In this document: one piece after another, positions 28,705 to 39,569 of the stretch
How positions within the stretch are numbered: the first letter of the stretch is position 1
How the letters are laid out: each line of letters opens with the position of its first letter
NCBI GenBank assembly: GCA_963845185.1
Contig: CAWJRG010000010.1
Coordinates: 352,001 to 416,000, forward strand
Reading direction: 5' to 3'
Length of the DNA: 64,000 bases
Source: an uncultured bacterium
Lineage (GTDB): Bacteria; Oederibacteriota; PGYV01; CAWJRG01
Position numbers and translations under genes: made by a program
Notes under the pieces: generated by a model
The model's database searches: none
What the model was told of the DNA's origin: nothing
What the model saw: only the letters and a program-made list of their open reading frames with translations

Positions 28705-30033
28705 CAGACTGTGTCATAAGTCTCCGTCCACAGCTGATTGCCGTAGGTAAATTAAAAAATCTACAAAATATCCTGTTTTATACAAAAAACCTGCGTGGCC
28801 CGATGTTTCTTGCTATCCAAGCTGCGCAATCAACTCCCTGACACCTACAATGCTTATCATTCGAGCCATATTGAAACAACTTGTGAACAACGCCATCTCA
28901 GCTCTTGCTCCTTCAAGCCCTCGCAGCAGAAACCCGCTTACTCCAAGATTTCTTTTAATATGTCCGAACGGCAACTCTGCTTTCTCTTTTCTCAACTTGA
29001 AAATATCCTGCGATTCTTTTGTTTTATATTTTTCTTCAAGCAATATTTTTAGTTCTTCGTTTTTTAGCCTCTTTATCATTCTGCCCTTCGGAGACCGGGT
29101 GCATACTCCAAAGTTTTTACATTCTATACAAGCCTTTTCTTCAGTAGACCTATATACTTCAAGATTCTTTTTTTTATCAAAACTATGCCATGTCAATATC
29201 TGTCCTTCGGGACAAGTGTAGGTATCTTTCTCTGAATCGTATTGGAATTTATTTTTCCCAAACGGCCCGATGTCTTTTTTCTCTACCTGTTCCTGAGAAG
29301 GTACTATTACATTTATGTCTTTGTCGTGTATCTTTTTCATTTCTTCTATGCTGGCATATCCGGCATCCCCACACGCATTTTTGCATTTGTTTTCAACTGT
29401 TTTCGCCGCTTCTTCAATCTGACTCCCGAATTGCTTGCGGTCATTGCTTTCGTTTACTACGTCGCTATGCACTATCAGTCCGTGTCTTTCATCTACCACT
29501 ATCTGCCCGTTATATCCGCTACAAATAGCGTGTTTCCTTCTATCAATCCCAGTTTCATACACATCTTTGCGCTTTGTTTCATCACGTTTTTCAACATTTC
29601 CCGGTTGTCTTTTCGAAACCTTGCTATTGTTTTATGATCCGGCTTCAATCCTCCCAGCAGCCACATAAAAGACACATTATGATGCGTCGCTCTTTCCAGT
29701 TTTCTCGAACTTCGTGTCCCGTATGAATATCCGTATACCAGCAATTTTATCATAGCCTCAGGGTCGTATTCCGAATTTCCCATTTGCGTTTCATCTATTA
29801 CTATCCCAAGTTCTTCCATTTTCAACGCCTTTACGAACGCGTCGTACGCCCTTACAGGATCATCTTCCCCTACATATTCTTCTATGCTCTGCGGAAACAT
29901 TGTCAACTGACTTCGGTCTCCATATCGGTATGCCATTTTTGTCTCCTTTTCTGATGTGTTTTCTGGAGACATTATACCATTTTTTATCTGTCAAATATCG
30001 TTTCAGACTACAAAAACATTATGACACAGTCTG
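28705..30033 (-). mobile_element. IS1182-family insertion sequence, internally deleted
   Basis: 15-bp terminal IR CAGACTGTGTCATAA / TTATGACACAGTCTG; TTC duplicated on both sides; inserted in hairpin CCTCCGAC-TTC-GTCGGAGG. Confidence 0.85.
28813..29936 (-). pseudogene. IS1182 transposase broken by deletion/frameshift
   Basis: N-part YDPEAMIKLLVYGY..SSRKLE..PDHKTIARFR is joined out of frame to GYNGQ..DAGY..CPEG..ELPFGHIK; the segment after TLFV is missing. Confidence 0.85.
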
Positions 30034-30056
30034 TTCGTCGGAGGATTCAAAAACTT

Positions 30057-30243
30057 CCCCTTCCCCCTCGACGGGAGAAGGTCGGGATGGGGGTGAGGCA
30101 GCAGCTAATTGCGTGTCGCTTCACGCCAACATCATATCCCAAAAACTTCTTTTTCTTATTTCGCATTCTATCTTTATCTTAATTTATATAGTTATTGCCG
30201 CTACTTCACCCTCTCTTTTTTCCTCTCCCGTCGATGGAGAGGA
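30057..30243. repeat. CCCTCTCCC-type REP-like inverted pair
   Basis: Same family as 1308-1430. Confidence 0.75.
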
Positions 30244-30329
30244 GACCACCAACTTTGTTGGTTGTCAACAAGATGTAGGGCCTTCGCCCTACCACAGACT
30301 AAAGTCGGTGGATTCGTTCGGAATTAAAT

Positions 30330-31325
30330 CTAATGTATGTTTTTCTTCATCGAATACCCGAAACTGTCGTATTCAACCGCACTGACAAGCTTTCCGTTTT
30401 TGTAAACTGCTTCTGTCTTCTTTTTTCCGTCCTCAAAATATGCGGTATATGGCCCGTCCTTTCTGCCGTTTATGTAATTTCCCGAAGCTTTTAACTTTCC
30501 ATTTTCATAATATTCTTTGCTGGTACCGCTTTTCCTGCCGTCTTTATACCCGGATTCGGCGTTCAGCTTGCCGTCCGCGTCAAACCATTTATAAACTCCG
30601 TCAAGCTTCCCGTCCTTGTTTGTTCCCTGCCCTGCCAATACGCCGTTCTTATTGTATTGTTTAAAAACGCCTTCTTCTATGCCTTTCTTATATTCAATTT
30701 CAGACTGTTTTTTTCCGTTTTCATAATACCATGCCCAGGTTCCTTCGCGCCTGCCGGCCATATAAGTGCCGGCGCAATTAAGTTTGCCGTTCTTGAAAAA
30801 AATCTCCATCCGGCCTTCCGGGATGCCGTTTTTGTAACTTGATTGCCTGCTCATATTTTCGTTTTCATAATAATCCTTGTATTCGCCGTTAAGCCTGCCA
30901 TTGGATAAAAAATATTCCGATTTAATCTTGCCGTTGCTGAAAAAATCCTTTATTTCCCCGTCTTCCTTGCCTCCTTTTAACCCGAAAATTCCCGCTTTTT
31001 GCCCTGTTTTATAGAACATCTCGTATCTTCCGTCAACAGGTTCGTCGTTTTTATATCTGACTGTTTCATAATACTCACTCCCGTTATTTCCGGATAAATA
31101 AAATTTTACAAGGCCATTTATGCTTTCGCCTTCTTTTTTCAACTCATTGCCTTTTTTATAAACCCAGCTTGCGATTTCCTGGTTATTTGCATAAAAATAC
31201 CTGGTATCGCCCTTTTGCGCGCTTGTAATCTTTGCCTCTTCCGGCTTTGAGCATGATGAAAAAACAGCCCCGGCAAGGACAACCAGCATCATAAAAATTT
31301 TGGTGTATATTTTGTGAGTAGACAT
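30330..31325 (-). CDS. MORN-variant repeat (YwqK-like) lipoprotein
   Basis: FSSC lipobox and many YYENG/NGK..G repeats; its annotated ATG lies inside intron domain VI. Confidence 0.85.
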   Translation of the reverse strand: MSTHKIYTKIFMMLVVLAGAVFSSCSKPEEAKITSAQKGDTRYFYANNQEIASWVYKKGNELKKEGESINGLVKFYLSGNNGSEYYETVRYKNDEPVDGRYEMFYKTGQKAGIFGLKGGKEDGEIKDFFSNGKIKSEYFLSNGRLNGEYKDYYENENMSRQSSYKNGIPEGRMEIFFKNGKLNCAGTYMAGRREGTWAWYYENGKKQSEIEYKKGIEEGVFKQYNKNGVLAGQGTNKDGKLDGVYKWFDADGKLNAESGYKDGRKSGTSKEYYENGKLKASGNYINGRKDGPYTAYFEDGKKKTEAVYKNGKLVSAVEYDSFGYSMKKNIH

Positions 31326-33218
31326 CTTTTATAACCTCCTTTGGTTACTTAATGCCCCTCTCAGAACCGAACGTGACCGTTTCGGTCATTCGGCTCCACG
31401 GGAATACTTCCTAATACGATGACAGCGAATAGGTTAAATGATATATCCTGGGTTCCGGCAATGGGTTGTATCTTAGAAAGCGGCAAAACTGTTCCCAGTT
31501 GTAACTTCTTTTCTGGCTTCGCCTGTTTATCCATTTATAGGCGAGCGCACGATTTCTCCAGTAGAATTTTGTTATTTGGGGCATATTACCGCTTATCCCG
31601 TAATAATTGTAGTGGCCCGTTAACTTTCTTCCTAATGCCTGCCACCACTGTTTTAATTCCACAAGATTTCTTACGCTCTTTAGCCAGAAGTTCGTCGCCT
31701 TCATCTTCTGTTTGAATTTTGTACTTGCCGTCCTTCGGCCTAATTTGAAGCCGCCCTTTCTGGTTTTGTCGCAGTAATGAGTAAACCCGAGGAAATCAAA
31801 GGTCGGAATTTTCCCGCCTGTATCTTTGGACTTATACCAGGCGTGGCGCCCGAATACGATTATTCTCGATTTATCTTTGGCGATTTTGAGGCCAAACTTA
31901 TCAAGCCTCTGTCTTAACATTTCGCCAAACTCCTTTGCTTCGCTGTCATATTGGAACAGCACAACAAAGTCATCGGCATAACGTATCAGACTGGCGTATC
32001 CTTTGAGCTGTCTCTTGACATGCCTTTCGAACCACAGGTCTAATATGTAGTGTAGGTAGATGTTCGCCAGTAATGGGCTTAGTATTCCGCCCTGCGGCGT
32101 CCCTTTATCCGTTTCGATAAACTTACCTTCTTCCATAATCCCTGCATTTAATATCCTGCCGATTAACCTTATCAGGTTTGTATCGGCAATCCTTTGCGTA
32201 AGGCATTTCATTAGCCATTTGTGGTTTATGGTATCGAAAAACTTCTCAATGTCCATATCCACTACTGCGTTGACTGGCTTTGTCATTACTTCCTTATCCA
32301 GAATTTTCAATGCCTGATGACAATTTCTGTCAGGCCTGAACCCGTAAGATACTTCGCTGAAGTCTACCTCAAAGATTGACTCAAGAATTTTCTTTACCCC
32401 CATCTGGATTATCTTATCCTCGACGGCAGGTATTCCCAGCGGCCTCTTGTCTCCGTTTGTCTTGGGGATGTAGACGCGCCTTGTTGGTTGCGGTATGTAT
32501 CTCCACGCCTTCATCCTATTGATTAAATCCTTGATATTTGCCTCTTTGTTGACTTCATATTCCTCTATCCTTACTCCGTCAATGCCCGGGGCTTTGTCCT
32601 GTTTTAACTCCCCAAAGCACTCCATTAGAAACTCCTCATTGAGCAGGTGTATCAGCGATGTAAATCTCAATTTTGGATTTTCCTTTGCCCGCATTGTTAT
32701 GGTCATAAGTTTTGTTGCCATTCCGTCTCCACCTCTGTGTGTGGCGGTTGTCTCCCTTATGTCCATACGCATTCCCTCTATCCCCTTTTCTCCATCTACT
32801 TTCGTAGACTTCATCGATACTATGGGATAGTCAGACTGCCGGAACATCTTTTGCGGCTCCTTATCTTTTAGGATTTGTCGCCGCATACTCTCGTTTTGAG
32901 GGTGTCCCGGCTCTCCCGAGTTCATATCTGCTCCTTGACATCTTGACACGGACTTAGACCCCGTCGGATTCCCACTCTCTCGCCTTTTTATGATTGTGGG
33001 ACTGCTGCCTGCTCTTTTATGAAAAATGTCGGCCTCCGACACGTTGGCGATTTCGGGGCTCAATACCTTCACTTGCGTTGTATCCCGATGTCTCCCGCCT
33101 TCCAGCTTCATTTAGCTCGTTGCCTCACTATTTGTGGAATTTGGTATTGGGCTGGCGGCTGACCTTTGCCCAGGCTGGACTTTCACCAGCGCGAACCGAT
33201 ACGCTTTTCTCGGCGCAC
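31314..33218 (-). mobile_element. Group II intron inserted at the start codon of the MORN-repeat gene
   Basis: 5' GTGCGCCG at 33218; domain V GAGCCGAATGACCGAAACGGTCACGTTCGGTTC; domain VI GAGGGGCAT...ATGTCT-A-CTCAC. Boundary uncertain by 1 nt. Confidence 0.88.
31411..32721 (-). CDS. ltrA: Group II intron reverse transcriptase/maturase (no endonuclease domain seen)
   Basis: APGIDG, RPLGIP, SYGFR, GTPQGG, RYADD, FDFLGF, domain X GHYNYY. Likely start MATKL at 32721; the upstream part of the 566 aa ORF is intron RNA. Confidence 0.93.
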   Translation of the reverse strand: MATKLMTITMRAKENPKLRFTSLIHLLNEEFLMECFGELKQDKAPGIDGVRIEEYEVNKEANIKDLINRMKAWRYIPQPTRRVYIPKTNGDKRPLGIPAVEDKIIQMGVKKILESIFEVDFSEVSYGFRPDRNCHQALKILDKEVMTKPVNAVVDMDIEKFFDTINHKWLMKCLTQRIADTNLIRLIGRILNAGIMEEGKFIETDKGTPQGGILSPLLANIYLHYILDLWFERHVKRQLKGYASLIRYADDFVVLFQYDSEAKEFGEMLRQRLDKFGLKIAKDKSRIIVFGRHAWYKSKDTGGKIPTFDFLGFTHYCDKTRKGGFKLGRRTASTKFKQKMKATNFWLKSVRNLVELKQWWQALGRKLTGHYNYYGISGNMPQITKFYWRNRALAYKWINRRSQKRSYNWEQFCRFLRYNPLPEPRIYHLTYSLSSY

Positions 33219-33300
33219 TCATAATCCGCCTCCCTCTTATTATGTTATCTTTCAACAACCAACTTTCAACTGCTCAACTATCTGCTCTGCCGCGCAGCCG

Positions 33301-34239
33301 TTACCACGCCTTGCCTTCAAAAGCGTTGCTTCCTCCGAAGCCTCCGCCTGTTATATGGCACCAGTAGTCGTACACGGCCACGTCGATACTATCCTTAAAG
33401 GCAAAATATAAAAAAATATAAACAGGCAATGAAAGGCCTGCAAACATTTTAAAAGCCGTGACATATTCCGGGAAAAACATATTTGCGCGCTGCAGTATCA
33501 GGATGGCTGAGAATATTACAAAAGCCAGCCATGCCGTGTTTGAAACAGCAAAGCCTTTTTGCCCGAAAGGCATCCCTATCAGCCTGACAAAAATAAAATA
33601 CATTACCATGGGGAAATAAAAGACAAAAGAAATAGGCTCAATATAAAAAAGCTTTGTTATGGCGTAAAAAGGCTGGTTCAGGGATATCCTGTAAAGCTTG
33701 TCGTCAAGCGGCACATAATCCTCTTTCGACACGTTTGTCTTTTTTTGCCCGGAGCGCGTGTCGGCGATATAGCACAGCGTGCCTGCTATTTTGGTAAACA
33801 CTGTCTTGTCTCCCATGTACCACTTGCCGAGCAATGAATTCATCACGTCGTTCTGGAGTATGTCAATGTCTTCTGCGGGAATTATTGCTTTTGCTCCGTC
33901 CGTGCACAGGATAGCGCCTTTATTCCTTGCGCTGTCAACCCAGATTAATATTATCCTGTCTTCATTCTGCGGCTTCAGGCTCGCCAGGTACGCCTCTGCC
34001 CTTGCCTGCAAATCGTATTTCGTTTTGTCCTGGTCGTAATAAATGTCCAGTTTTATGCCGTAATTTCTCTCAAGCTGTCCGGCATAATCATAAAGCCTGG
34101 TATAAAACCCTACCAGGCCTTCGGGCAGGTTTGTAAAGGTTCCGGCGTTTACCGCCTGGAAAAGGGATATAAAGGCAACGAGCATAAACAGCCTTTTAAA
34201 AGTTTTTTCTTTGTTATTTTGAGAGTAAATGTTTTCCAT
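33301..34239 (-). CDS. Hypothetical membrane protein (possible TPM-like N-terminal domain)
   Basis: Signal/TM segments; C-terminal TGGGFGG. Confidence 0.65.
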   Translation of the reverse strand: MENIYSQNNKEKTFKRLFMLVAFISLFQAVNAGTFTNLPEGLVGFYTRLYDYAGQLERNYGIKLDIYYDQDKTKYDLQARAEAYLASLKPQNEDRIILIWVDSARNKGAILCTDGAKAIIPAEDIDILQNDVMNSLLGKWYMGDKTVFTKIAGTLCYIADTRSGQKKTNVSKEDYVPLDDKLYRISLNQPFYAITKLFYIEPISFVFYFPMVMYFIFVRLIGMPFGQKGFAVSNTAWLAFVIFSAILILQRANMFFPEYVTAFKMFAGLSLPVYIFLYFAFKDSIDVAVYDYWCHITGGGFGGSNAFEGKAW

Positions 34240-34351
34240 GGCAGTATTATACCACATTACATTTGCCGTCCAATATTTTTTTAACTATACCAAGGATAAC
34301 GGAATGCAGACCTGCCGGGTTAATAAGAATTTCGCGAAGCAGGAATGAAAA

Positions 34352-34828
34352 TTATTGATAACCATACTGTGTATAATATACTCCACTTGAATCTGTCTGC
34401 GCGTTGTTTACAAACACATTGCCGGTAGTCAGATTGTACTTCCAACCGTCACCAGTGAGTGTGGTTGGCCCCTCGGTGCTTTGTGCTACAGCTTCAGTCG
34501 CAGCTGTAGCGCATGTCCCCGAAAGCGTATTCTGGCCCGAAAATATGCTTGCTGGATGTGTGACTTTTACGGCAGGTAAAGGCACCTTCATATAATTCAT
34601 AAAAAGCGCGTCTGTTATACACGTCGGCCAATTGCCCTGCTGGTCGCCATAATAAATGGAAATTGCCGATTTTATTGCGCCAATGTTTCCTTTTGTGGCC
34701 CCTTCCCTTGCCTTCTCCAGCATCTGAGCGAATTTCGGTATTGCCACTGCCGCAAGTATGCCGATAATGGCAACAACAATCATCAGCTCAATAAGGGTAA
34801 ATCCTTTTCTTGCTTTAGAAATTTTCAT
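34352..34828 (-). CDS. Type IV pilin / T2SS pseudopilin-like prepilin
   Basis: KGFTLIELMIVVAIIGILAAVAIPKF N-methylation motif. Confidence 0.92.
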   Translation of the reverse strand: MKISKARKGFTLIELMIVVAIIGILAAVAIPKFAQMLEKAREGATKGNIGAIKSAISIYYGDQQGNWPTCITDALFMNYMKVPLPAVKVTHPASIFSGQNTLSGTCATAATEAVAQSTEGPTTLTGDGWKYNLTTGNVFVNNAQTDSSGVYYTQYGYQ

Positions 34829-35042
34829 GTGTCCACCGCCTTTTAACCAGTATTGGTCAAGTACCAGTTAATCCAATTTTGAATTTATTTTATGGTTTAC
34901 TGTGCATCTTGTCAAGTTTGATTTTCAGAATTCCGGAACATATAAACAAAAAATTTCAGGAGCTTACGGCCCTGACTTTTATTTATATTACACTATTTTT
35001 ATAATTTATTTCCCAAATCAATATTTAGTATGCAACCATGGC

Positions 35043-38000
35043 TTATCTTAATACAATAATCGTGTCTGCCCTTGATTTTACTTTTGCTCCGCCTTTTTCC
35101 GCAGTTACTGTAAAGTAATATAACCCCGGAGCGAGGCCGCCGGTTTTGCTGCTGTCACATGTTAAAATCACCCCGTTCCCTGTTGGCCCCATTTCCGTTG
35201 CATCAAATGTCTCTTCCATTATCAGCCTTAACGCTTCTGTATATATCTTCAGCGTCATGCTGTCCGCACTGCCCGACGTGACATTAACCGCGATTTTCAG
35301 CTGCCCTATTGCCGGATTAAAAGGGTTCGGGTACGGCTTTACAGAGCCTATTTCCAGCGGCCCTGCAGGTGCCATTGTCGGCGTTATTGTAGGAGTCATT
35401 ACAGGCGTCTTTGTCGCTGAAGGCGCCGCGCATCCGTATATTTCAAAATTGTCTATCCATAAATCCACGCTTGCCTGCGGCGCTGTTGTCGTCTGGAACT
35501 GGAACTCTTTCGCGTTCTGCAGCACCGTATTCAGCGCCGCCGCTGTCCCCCATCCTGCCTGCTTTAACGACGTGAATGGTATGGTTATCTGCGACCATGC
35601 TGCCGGCGCCGTGAATGCATAGGCGTAGCTGTCCCACCCGTCCAGCTCTGTCCCGCTTGAGTTCGAGTAAGGCAGTTTTATTTCGCATGCCGCCCCGTTT
35701 CCTTTTGCATAAAACCTTATTCCCGCAGCACCGCTTAAGTCAGTCACCTGGTAACTCGGCGCTCCTGCTTTTGAATTCAGCTGCATTCCCATGCCTATGT
35801 ACCCGCTGGCTGCCACTGACCCTGTCATCTGCGCCGCGCAGTCAGATGCCCCGCCGTAACCCGGCGAGCTCATTTGGAACGATGTTGTCCCGCTTGTCAC
35901 GGGCCATACCGTGGACGACACGTCGTTATAAGTGTACCAGTACCCTCCCCACGCGTCCTGGTTATTGCAGTTTGCGTTTGTATCCACCATGCACAGGGTT
36001 GCTGATGCCGGCGTGTATGTGGGTGTAGGCCCATTTGGCGTATTTGTCGGCGTCGCCCCGCACCCGTATATTTCAAAATTGTCTATCCATAAATCCACGC
36101 TTGCCTGCGGCGCTGCCGTGGTCTGGAACGCTATCTCTTTCACGTTCTGCAGCACCGAAGTCAGCTGCACGTCTGTCCCCCACCCCGATGCCTGCGTAAA
36201 ATATGAAAAAGGTATGGTCACCTGTGTCCATCCGCCGGCCGGCGCAGTGAATAAATAAGAAAAATAATTGTATCCGTCCAGTTCCTTTCCCGCGGCGTCC
36301 GTGTAAGGTATGTTTATTGAATACGTCCTGCCATCCCCTTTTGTGTAAAACCTTATGCCTGTGGCGCCGCTTATGTTTGTAACCTGAAACGACGACCCCC
36401 CTGAGTTTGCGTTCAGCCCCAGGCCCATGCCTATAAACCCGCTGGCTGCCACTGACCCTGTCATCTGCGCCGCGCAGTCCGCGCCGCCGTCATACCCGGG
36501 AGAGCTCATTGTAAAAGCGCCTTTTACAGGCCATACCGTGGATGACACGTCGCCATATGTATACCAGTACCCTCCCCATGCGTTCTGGCTGCTGCAGTTT
36601 GCCATTTTATCCACCTGGCACGCGTCCGCAGCCGTGGGCGCTATGGTCAGTGTCACCGTGGGCGATATTACAGCTGTCGGTATGGGCGTATTGGTGGGCG
36701 TTGAACCCGGCGGGCAGAAACTGAATATTGATATGCTGTAAGCCGGGAAAGTAAATGAAAAACCTGATGAAACCGGGCCTAAACTGCTCGCCTGCGGAGG
36801 CAGGTCAGGGTCGGCGTATGCAGATGGGTTTACCGCGTGCCACGCGTAATTCTCTATATAATAAGGCGCGGTTGCCGCGCCGGCGAATGTGTATAAGTCA
36901 GCTGTCGAATTCACAGGATAATTGTTTATGGAAATACTGGTTGTGTATGAGTTTGAGGGGTCCTTGTTAATAACCATAAGGCTGAGCTTTCCGTCGCTTC
37001 TTTTGCAGGCGTACACGGGCAGGAGCGCCTGGTTTGACGACGCCGACACAAGTGTATTGCCGGCCGGGTCAGGCACTGAAAAATAATTGTTCATCATATA
37101 ATGCGCCCAGTATGCGGACCTCGGCTGGTATTTGTACTGCTGGAGGGTCTGCGTCCCGTCCTCCAGGTATCCCATATCATAATTTACAGCGTCCGCGTTG
37201 TTGTTCATTACGTCCCAGAAGTTTGCCTTTGCCGACCACCCGAAAGACTTGATGTATTCGCCAAGCCAGTTCGCCGCCCAGATGCCGTTAACGAGGCCGG
37301 TTGTAATAAAAGTCGTGCCTCCTGAATTGTACTCTGTCATCAACACGTCTTTTGTGCCGGGCGCGCCGAATATCCTTGTCTGTATCCCGTTTATAAACGA
37401 TTGCCAGTTTGTCCCGGAAGCCCAGTTGTCTGACTCAGCAAGCGTGACGGCTTCGTCTGTATTTGTCCAGTTCGGGTACAAATGGAAATCTATTCCGTCG
37501 CATAGCCCGAGTTGGCCCTGCGCCTGCAAAACCCGCAGGAACCCCTCTATATACGAGTATCCGTCATACAGTTCTGAATTATTTTCTATGGAAGATACAA
37601 CAGGCCCGTATATTTTAATAGCGGGGTCAGCGGCCTTCATTGCCAGGGCTATCTGTATGTATTTATTGGCGTAATACTCTGCGTCATCCGGGCCGCCTGT
37701 CTCCCACGCCCCGTCCTCCTCATTGCCGATGTGCCAGTATTTGATATTGTAGTGCTGCACATTATTGGCGTAGTTGACCCAGGCCGCTGCCTCCTGCGGC
37801 GTGCCTGAGCCGAAATTTACCGTGATGAGCGGTTCCACATTGCTGCCCATGTTATGGACTATTGTTATAAATTCCTCAAATCCAAAATCAGGGTGGCCTG
37901 CCGGGTTCGCGTCCTGGTTTGATATGTCGGTCGGCGAGGAAATAGTTTTTGTCTGTGTGTTGTAGTCATTTACGTTTACGGTCTGGGTGGTATTGTTGTA

Positions 38001-38735
38001 AAAAAGCATAACTTCGTTCAGCCTGTAGCCCGTGCCTGAGCTTGTTTTAAACACAAACCTCAGGTTACGCGTGGACAGCACGTTAAAAGACTGCACGTCC
38101 ACCCCTCCTGTACCGGCTGTCACGCTTTTAATTGTAGTCCAGTGGTTACCGGCTGCCTGGTGCGGCGCCCAGTCATAATCTCCTGTGTCTGTCCATCCCT
38201 GGATGTCATAGGACACCGCGTACGGCGAGCTCCAGTAAAGCACGGACGAGGTGACAAGGGTGTCGGAGTTGAAGTTTACTATGACGTACGGCTGCTGGCC
38301 GGCGTAAACATTGACCGTGTCCGAGCGCCACTGTGAAGCGTCCGAAGTATCCCCGTCGGTCAGTTTGGATGGTATATTATATGAGGACGATGTGCCCCTG
38401 TAATTGATAAGCCCCGGGAACCCGCGCGAATAAGCCGTTGACGACGGAACCCACACCCCGTCAGCGTTGTAGGCGCCAGTGCCGTTCCAGTGGTAATCAT
38501 CTGAAAGCGACCCGCCAGGGAACCTTAAAAACCTGCACCCTGCGTTGTAAACCTGATATGTCACGGCCGAATAACTGGCGTTTAGAATCCATATCATTGT
38601 ATTGTTGCCGTAAACATTGCCGTAATTAAAGCCGGCGACATCGGTGTTATAATCAACCAATATCGATGCTGTCGCGGCATAAACAGGGATTGAAATTACG
38701 GTTATTGCGATTATTAAAAAGCATTTTTTCAGCAT
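35043..38735 (-). CDS. Secreted glycoside hydrolase (GH44/GH51-like) with discoidin-like insert, two CIA30/CBM11-like repeats and a C-terminal sorting-like domain
   Basis: RFPGGS, WHIGNE, TEYN; two near-identical WGGYWYTY..DLWIDNFEIYGC modules; PYPNPFNP...GLYY tail. Confidence 0.75.
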   Translation of the reverse strand: MLKKCFLIIAITVISIPVYAATASILVDYNTDVAGFNYGNVYGNNTMIWILNASYSAVTYQVYNAGCRFLRFPGGSLSDDYHWNGTGAYNADGVWVPSSTAYSRGFPGLINYRGTSSSYNIPSKLTDGDTSDASQWRSDTVNVYAGQQPYVIVNFNSDTLVTSSVLYWSSPYAVSYDIQGWTDTGDYDWAPHQAAGNHWTTIKSVTAGTGGVDVQSFNVLSTRNLRFVFKTSSGTGYRLNEVMLFYNNTTQTVNVNDYNTQTKTISSPTDISNQDANPAGHPDFGFEEFITIVHNMGSNVEPLITVNFGSGTPQEAAAWVNYANNVQHYNIKYWHIGNEEDGAWETGGPDDAEYYANKYIQIALAMKAADPAIKIYGPVVSSIENNSELYDGYSYIEGFLRVLQAQGQLGLCDGIDFHLYPNWTNTDEAVTLAESDNWASGTNWQSFINGIQTRIFGAPGTKDVLMTEYNSGGTTFITTGLVNGIWAANWLGEYIKSFGWSAKANFWDVMNNNADAVNYDMGYLEDGTQTLQQYKYQPRSAYWAHYMMNNYFSVPDPAGNTLVSASSNQALLPVYACKRSDGKLSLMVINKDPSNSYTTSISINNYPVNSTADLYTFAGAATAPYYIENYAWHAVNPSAYADPDLPPQASSLGPVSSGFSFTFPAYSISIFSFCPPGSTPTNTPIPTAVISPTVTLTIAPTAADACQVDKMANCSSQNAWGGYWYTYGDVSSTVWPVKGAFTMSSPGYDGGADCAAQMTGSVAASGFIGMGLGLNANSGGSSFQVTNISGATGIRFYTKGDGRTYSINIPYTDAAGKELDGYNYFSYLFTAPAGGWTQVTIPFSYFTQASGWGTDVQLTSVLQNVKEIAFQTTAAPQASVDLWIDNFEIYGCGATPTNTPNGPTPTYTPASATLCMVDTNANCNNQDAWGGYWYTYNDVSSTVWPVTSGTTSFQMSSPGYGGASDCAAQMTGSVAASGYIGMGMQLNSKAGAPSYQVTDLSGAAGIRFYAKGNGAACEIKLPYSNSSGTELDGWDSYAYAFTAPAAWSQITIPFTSLKQAGWGTAAALNTVLQNAKEFQFQTTTAPQASVDLWIDNFEIYGCAAPSATKTPVMTPTITPTMAPAGPLEIGSVKPYPNPFNPAIGQLKIAVNVTSGSADSMTLKIYTEALRLIMEETFDATEMGPTGNGVILTCDSSKTGGLAPGLYYFTVTAEKGGAKVKSRADTIIVLR

Positions 38736-38797
38736 GTCCCCATGGTCTCCATCTCTTCTTATGTTAAAAGGATATTATATAAATACAGCTGAATTTT

Positions 38798-39319
38798 TTA
38801 TTGTTTGTTGAGGATCAGCGCGTTGGTGTTCGTGTACGTGCCGGTGCAGTATAAAATGCAGTCCCACATGTTCCACGTGCCTGTAATATTATGCGTCGTA
38901 AAATTCCCTTTGAAAGTTATGCCGTTGTTGTCGTCAACTGCGTTCAGCGAGGAACTGCTTATGGTCCCCACCATGCCATCCGGAGTCACAAGCGGCACAT
39001 AGCCGTCACTTCCGCCGTTACAGCTGCTCTGCACCGTCTGGTAATTTGAGGTTGAATAATTCAATGAAATATTGACCTTGTTTGAATCGCCGTTGTATTT
39101 CGTAATAACCCACGTCATTGTCCAGCTTGCCTGCGCCGTTGTTTCAGGCACGCCGTTCATGCCGTTGCAAAAATCGCTCTGGTAATAAAATGTCACGGGA
39201 ATTGATGTTTTCCATGTGCCGATGAGATTCCTCGCCGGAGACAATAAGGAAGTCAGGCTGCATCCCACCATGAAAAGGGCAATAACTACAGCCAGCAAAA
39301 ACAATAATAACTTTTTCAT
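38798..39319 (-). CDS. Hypothetical lipoprotein
   Basis: Signal peptide with VGC lipobox; LIGTWK. Confidence 0.75.
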   Translation of the reverse strand: MKKLLLFLLAVVIALFMVGCSLTSLLSPARNLIGTWKTSIPVTFYYQSDFCNGMNGVPETTAQASWTMTWVITKYNGDSNKVNISLNYSTSNYQTVQSSCNGGSDGYVPLVTPDGMVGTISSSSLNAVDDNNGITFKGNFTTHNITGTWNMWDCILYCTGTYTNTNALILNKQ

Positions 39320-39504
39320 TTGCGCCTCCTGTTTTCCTTTTTGATTTACTTAATTCTATTTATATGATTAATTGTTATCTTATATAGCATAATTGATAAT
39401 TTAGTTTCTGTCAAGTATTTTGTTTGATTTTTTAAATCTTCCTCAAATACTATAATTCATTTTAATAGCTTAATTATTGGCATTTAGCAGCTATTTAAAT
39501 GAAC

Positions 39505-39531
39505 AAGCCCGTAGCTTGCGGCCACGGGCTT
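39505..39531. terminator. Rho-independent terminator
   Basis: AAGCCCGT-agcttgcggcc-ACGGGCTT. Confidence 0.6.
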
Positions 39532-39569
39532 GTTACAATAATTTTATAACTTACTATTTAAAAACAAAT

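Noticed and set aside
28283..28705. preQ1 riboswitch or dpd DNA-modification cluster around queF
   Set aside because: No preQ1 aptamer recognised upstream (the IS sits there) and no dpdA/tgt-like genes in the window.
32722..33111. N-terminal 130 aa of the 566 aa RT ORF
   Set aside because: It lies within intron RNA domains; RT-like sequence begins near MATKL, which has a GGAG RBS.
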